Assembly (NCBI GenBank): GCA_964016885.1
Contig: OZ024745.1
Span: 71,052,001-71,116,000, forward strand
Source of the DNA: Eledone cirrhosa
Taxonomy: Eukaryota
Direction of reading: 5' to 3'
Length of the DNA stretch: 64,000 nucleotides
The translations under genes were made by a program, and so were the position numbers. Positions within the stretch are counted from its first letter, which is position 1; each line of letters starts with the position of its first letter. Shown here piece after piece: positions 58,501 through 64,000 of the stretch. Below the pieces are notes generated by a model. The model made no database searches. It worked only from the letters and a program-made list of their open reading frames with translations, and was not told the origin of the DNA.

Positions 58501-61500
58501 ACTACTGTTATCACCATTAACACTGCTGTCATCACCATTAAGACTACTGTCATCACCATTATCACTACTGTCATTACCATTAACACTGCTGTCATCACCA
58601 TTAAGACTACTGTCATCACCATTTACACTACTGTCATCACCATTAACACTACTGTCATCACCATTAACACTACTGTCATCACCATTAACACTGCTGTCAT
58701 CACCATTAAGACTACTGTCATCACCATTATCACTACTGTCATCACCATTAACACTGCTGTCATCACCATTAACACTACTGTCATCACCATTAACACTACT
58801 GTCATCACCATTAACACAACTGTCATCACCATTAACACTACTGTCATCACCATTAACACAACTATCATCACCATTAACACTAGTGTCATCACCATTAACA
58901 CTACTGTCATCACCATTAACACTGCTGTCATCACCATTAAGACTACTGTCATCACCTTTATCACTACTGTCGTCACCATTAACACTACTGTCATCACCAT
59001 TAACACTACTGTCATCACCATTAACACTACTGTTATCACCATTAACACTGCTGTCATCACCATTAACACTACTGTCATCACCATTATCACTACTGTCATT
59101 ACCATTAACACTGCTGTCATCACCATTAAGACTACTGTCATCACCATTAACACTACTGTCATCACCATTAACACTACTGTCATCAACATTAACACAACTG
59201 TCATCACCATTAACACTAGTGTCATCACCATTAACACTACTGTCAACACCATTATCACTACTGTCATCACCATTAACACTGCTGTCATCACCATTAACAC
59301 TACTGTCATCACCACTAACACTACTGTCACCACCATTAACACTACTGTCATCACCAATAACACTACTGTCACCACCATTAACACTACTGTCATCACCAAT
59401 AACACTACTGTCACCACCATTAACACTACTGTCATCACCAATAACACTACTGTCACCACCATTAACACTACTGTCATCACCATTAACACTACTGTCATCA
59501 CCATTAACACTACTGTCACCACCATTAACACTACTGTCATCACCATTAACACTACTGTCATCACCATTAACACTACTGTCACCACCATTAACACTACTGT
59601 CACCACCATTAACACTACTGTCATCACCATTAACACTACTGTCATCACCATTAACACTACTGTCACCACCATTAACACTACTGTCACCACCATTAACACT
59701 ACTGTCACCACCATTAACACTACTGTCATCACCAATAACACTACTGTCACCACCATTAACACTACTGTCATCACCAATAACACTACTGTGACCACCATTA
59801 ACACTACTGTCACCACCATTAACACTACTGTCATCACCATTAACACTACTGTCATCACCATTAACACTACTGTCATCACCATTAACACTACTGTCATCAC
59901 CATTAACACTACTGTCATTACCATTAACACTACTGTCATCACCATTAACACTGCTGCCATCACCATTAACACTGCTGTCATCACCATTAACACTACTGTC
60001 ATCACCATTAACACTACTGTCATCACCATTAACACTACTGTCATCACCATTAACACTGCTGTCATCACCATTAAGACTACTCTCATCACCATTATCACTA
60101 CTGTCATCACCATTAACACTACTGTCATCACCATTAACACTACTGTCATTACCATTAACACTACTGTCATCACCATTAACACTACTGTCATCACCATTAT
60201 CACTACTGTCATCACCATTAACACTACTGTCATCACCATTAACACTGCTGTCATCACCATTAAGACTACTGTCATCACCATTATCACTACTGTCATCACC
60301 ATTAACACTACTGTCATCACCATTAACACTGCTGTCATCACCATTAACACTACTGTCATCACCATTAACACTACTGTCATCACCATTAACACTGCTGTCA
60401 TCACCATTAAGACTGCTGTCATCATCATTAACACTGCTGTCATCACCATTAACACTACTGTCATGACCATTAACACTACTGTCATCACCATTAAGACTAC
60501 TGTCATCACCATTAACACTACTGTCATCACCATTAACACTGCTGTCATCATCATTAACACTGATGTCATCACCATTAACACTACTGTCATGACCATTAAC
60601 ACGACTGTCATCACCATTAAGACTACTGTCATCACCATTAACACTACTGTCATCACCATTAACACTGCTGTCATCACCATTAAGACTACTGTCATCACCA
60701 TTAACACTGCTGCCATCACCATTAACACTACTGTCATCACCATTAACACTGCTGCCATCACCATTAACACTGCTGTCATCACCATTAACACTGCTGTCAT
60801 CACCATTAACACTACTGTCATCACCATTAACACTACTGTCATCACCATTAACACTACTGTCATCACCATTAACACTGCTGTCATCACCATTAAGACTACT
60901 GTCATCACCATTATCACTACTGTCATCACCATTAACACTACTGTCATCACCATTAACACTACTGTCATCACCATTAACACTACTGTTATCACCATTAACA
61001 CTGCTGTCATCACCATTAAGACTACTGTCATCACCATTATCACTACTGTCATTACCATTAACACTGCTGTCATCACCATTAAGACTACTGTCATCACCAT
61101 TTACACTACTGTCATCACCATTAACACTACTGTCATCACCATTAACACTACTGTCATCACCATTAACACTGCTGTCATCACCATTAAGACTACTGTCATC
61201 ACCATTATCACTACTGTCATCACCATTAACACTGCTGTCATCACCATTAACACTACTGTCATCACCATTAACACTACTGTCATCACCATTAAGACTACTG
61301 TCATCACCATAAACACAACTGTCATCACCATTAACACTAGTGTCATCACCATTAACACTACTGTCAACACCATTATCTCTACTGTCGTCACCATTAACAC
61401 TACTGTCATCACCATTAACACTACTGTCATCACCATTAACACTACTGTCATCACCATTAACACAACTGTCATCACCATTAACACTACTGTCATCACCATT

Positions 61501-64000
61501 AACACTACTGTCATCACCATTAACACTAGTGTCATCACCATTAACACTACTGTCATCACCATTAACACTGCTGTCATCACCATTAAGACTACTGTCATCA
61601 CCATTATCACTACTGTCGTCACCATTAACACTACTGTCATCACCATTAACACTACTGTCATCACCATTAACACTACTGTTATCACCATTAACACTGCTGT
61701 CATCACCATTAACACTACTGTCATCACCATTATCACTACTGTCATTACCATTAACACTGCTGTCATCACCATTAAGACTACTGTCATCACCATTAACACT
61801 ACTGTCATCACCATTAACACTACTGTCATCACCATTAACACAACTGTCATCACCATTAACACTAGTGTCATCACCATTAACACTACTGTCAACACCATTA
61901 TCACTACTGTCATCACCATTAACACTGCTGTCATCACCATTAACACTAATGTCATCACCATTAACACTACTGTCATCACCACTAACACTACTGTCACCAC
62001 CATTAACACTACTGTCATCACCAATAACACTACTGTCACCACCATTAACACTACTGTCATCACCAATAACACTACTGTCACCATCATTAACACTACTGTC
62101 ATCACCAATAACACTACTGTCACCACCATTAACACAACTGTCATCACCATTAACACTACTGTCATCACCATTAACACTACTGTCACCACCATTAACACTA
62201 CTGTCATCACCATTAACACTACTGTCATCACCATTAACACTACTGTCACCACCATTAACACTACTGTCACCACCATTAACACTACTGTCATCACCATTAA
62301 CACTACTGTCATCACCATTAACACTACTGTCACCACCATTAACACTACTGTCACCACCATTAACACTACTGACACCACCATTAACACTACTGTCATCACC
62401 ATTAACACTACTGTCATCACCATTAACACTACTGTCATCACCATTAACACTACTGTCATCACCATTAACACTACTGTCATCACCATTAACACTGCTTTCA
62501 TCACCATTAACACTACTGTCATCACCATTAAGACTACTGTCATCACCATTAACACTGCTGTCATCACCATTAAGACTACTGTCATCACCATTAACACTGC
62601 TGTCATCACCATTAACACTACTGTCATCACCATTAACACTGCTGCCATCACCATTAACACTGCTGTCATCACCATTAACACTGCTATCATCACCATTAAC
62701 ACTACTGTCATCACCATTAACACTACTGTCATCACCATTAACACTACTGTCATCACCATTAACACTGCTGTCATCACCATTAAGACTACTGTCATCACCA
62801 TTATCACTACTGTCATCACCATTAACACTACTGTCATCACCATTAACACTACTGTCATCACCATTAACACTACTGTTATCACCATTAACACTACTGTCAT
62901 CACCATTAAGACTACTGTCATCACCATTATCACTACTGTCATTACCATTAACACTGCTGTCATCACCATTAAGACTACTGTCATCACCATTAACACTACT
63001 GTCATCACCATTAACGCTACTGTCATCACCATTAACACTACTGTCATCACCATTAACACTGCTGTCATCACCATTAAGACTACTGTCATCACCATTATCA
63101 CTACTGTCATCACCATTAACACTGCTGTCATCACCATTAAGACTACTGTCATCACCATTAACACTACTGTCATCACCATTAAGACTACTGTCATCACCAT
63201 TAACACAACTGTCATCACCATTAACACTAGTGTCATCACCATTAACACTACTGTCAACACCATTATCACTACTGTCGTCACCATTAACACTACTGTCATC
63301 ACCATTAACACTACTGTCATCACCATTTCCACCACTGTCATCACCATTAACACAACTGTCATCACCATTAACACTAGTGTCATCACCATTAACACTACTG
63401 TCATCACCATTAACACTGCTGTCATCACCATTAAGACTACTGTCATCACCATTATCACTACTGTCATCACCATTAACACTACTACTGTCATCACCATTAA
63501 CACTACTGTCATCACCATTAACACTACTGTTATCACCATTAACACTGCTGTCATCACCATTAAGACTACTGTCATCACCATTATCACTACTGTCATTACC
63601 ATTAACACTGCTGTCATCACCATTAAGACTACTGTCATCACCATTAACACAACTGTCATCACCATTAACACTACTGTCATCACCATTAACACAACTGTCA
63701 TCACCATTAACACTAGTGTCATCAACATTAACACTACTGTCATCACCATTAACACTGCTGTCATCACCATTAAGACTACTGTCATCACCATTATCACTAC
63801 TGTCATCACCATTAACACTACTGTCATCACCATTAACACTACTGTCATCACCATTAACACTACTGTTATCACCATTAACACTGCTGTCATCACCATTAAG
63901 ACTACTGTCATCACCATAATCACTACTGTCATTACCATTAACACTGCTGTCATCACCATTAAGACTACTGTCATCACCATTAACACTACTGTCATCACCA
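40541..64000. repeat. 21-bp satellite array (~1,100 units, continues past the window) with higher-order repeats
   Basis: Consensus ACTACTGTCATCACCATTAAC. Diagnostic variants recur at 1176, 1891, 2478 and 2877 bp spacings. Confidence 0.98.

Noticed and set aside
40519-63998. Huge VLMVMTV and LLSSPLT ORFs
   Set aside because: Alternative frames of a 21-bp satellite that pick up stops at variant units; no protein evidence.
40541-64000. CRISPR array or telomeric repeat
   Set aside because: No unique spacers, no cas genes, eukaryotic context, and not a TTAGGG-type repeat.

Overview
AT-rich, microsatellite-dense animal genomic DNA. The SINE repertoire looks cephalopod/octopus-like (my recollection, not verified). 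I found no confident host gene. Positions 1-40.5 kb are a mosaic of (TA)n/(CA)n/(TACA)n tracts and transposon pieces: degenerate RTE LINEs, a non-autonomous RTE derivative, tRNA-type SINEs, two non-autonomous Helitrons and a Tc1/mariner-like MITE. The most striking component is many Penelope-like element (PLE) 3' ends embedded in (TA)n tracts. At least five unrelated families are fold-back (inverted-repeat) insertions. About 13 hammerhead ribozyme (HHR) motifs can be read across these and two further PLE-type inserts, several with non-canonical cores (U3-A8, U4C, G8A) or palindromic helix III. The hairpins share one asymmetry: one arm runs to the family's full 3' end, the other stops at a fixed internal point that merges into the TA tract. 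Four GIY-YIG endonuclease remnants are present; two are physically linked to an HHR, supporting a PLE origin. Positions 40.5-64 kb are one uninterrupted ~23.5 kb array of a 21-bp unit (ACTACTGTCATCACCATTAAC) with nested higher-order repeats (1176, 1891 and 2478/2877 bp). Its giant ORFs are best explained as codon-composition artefacts.
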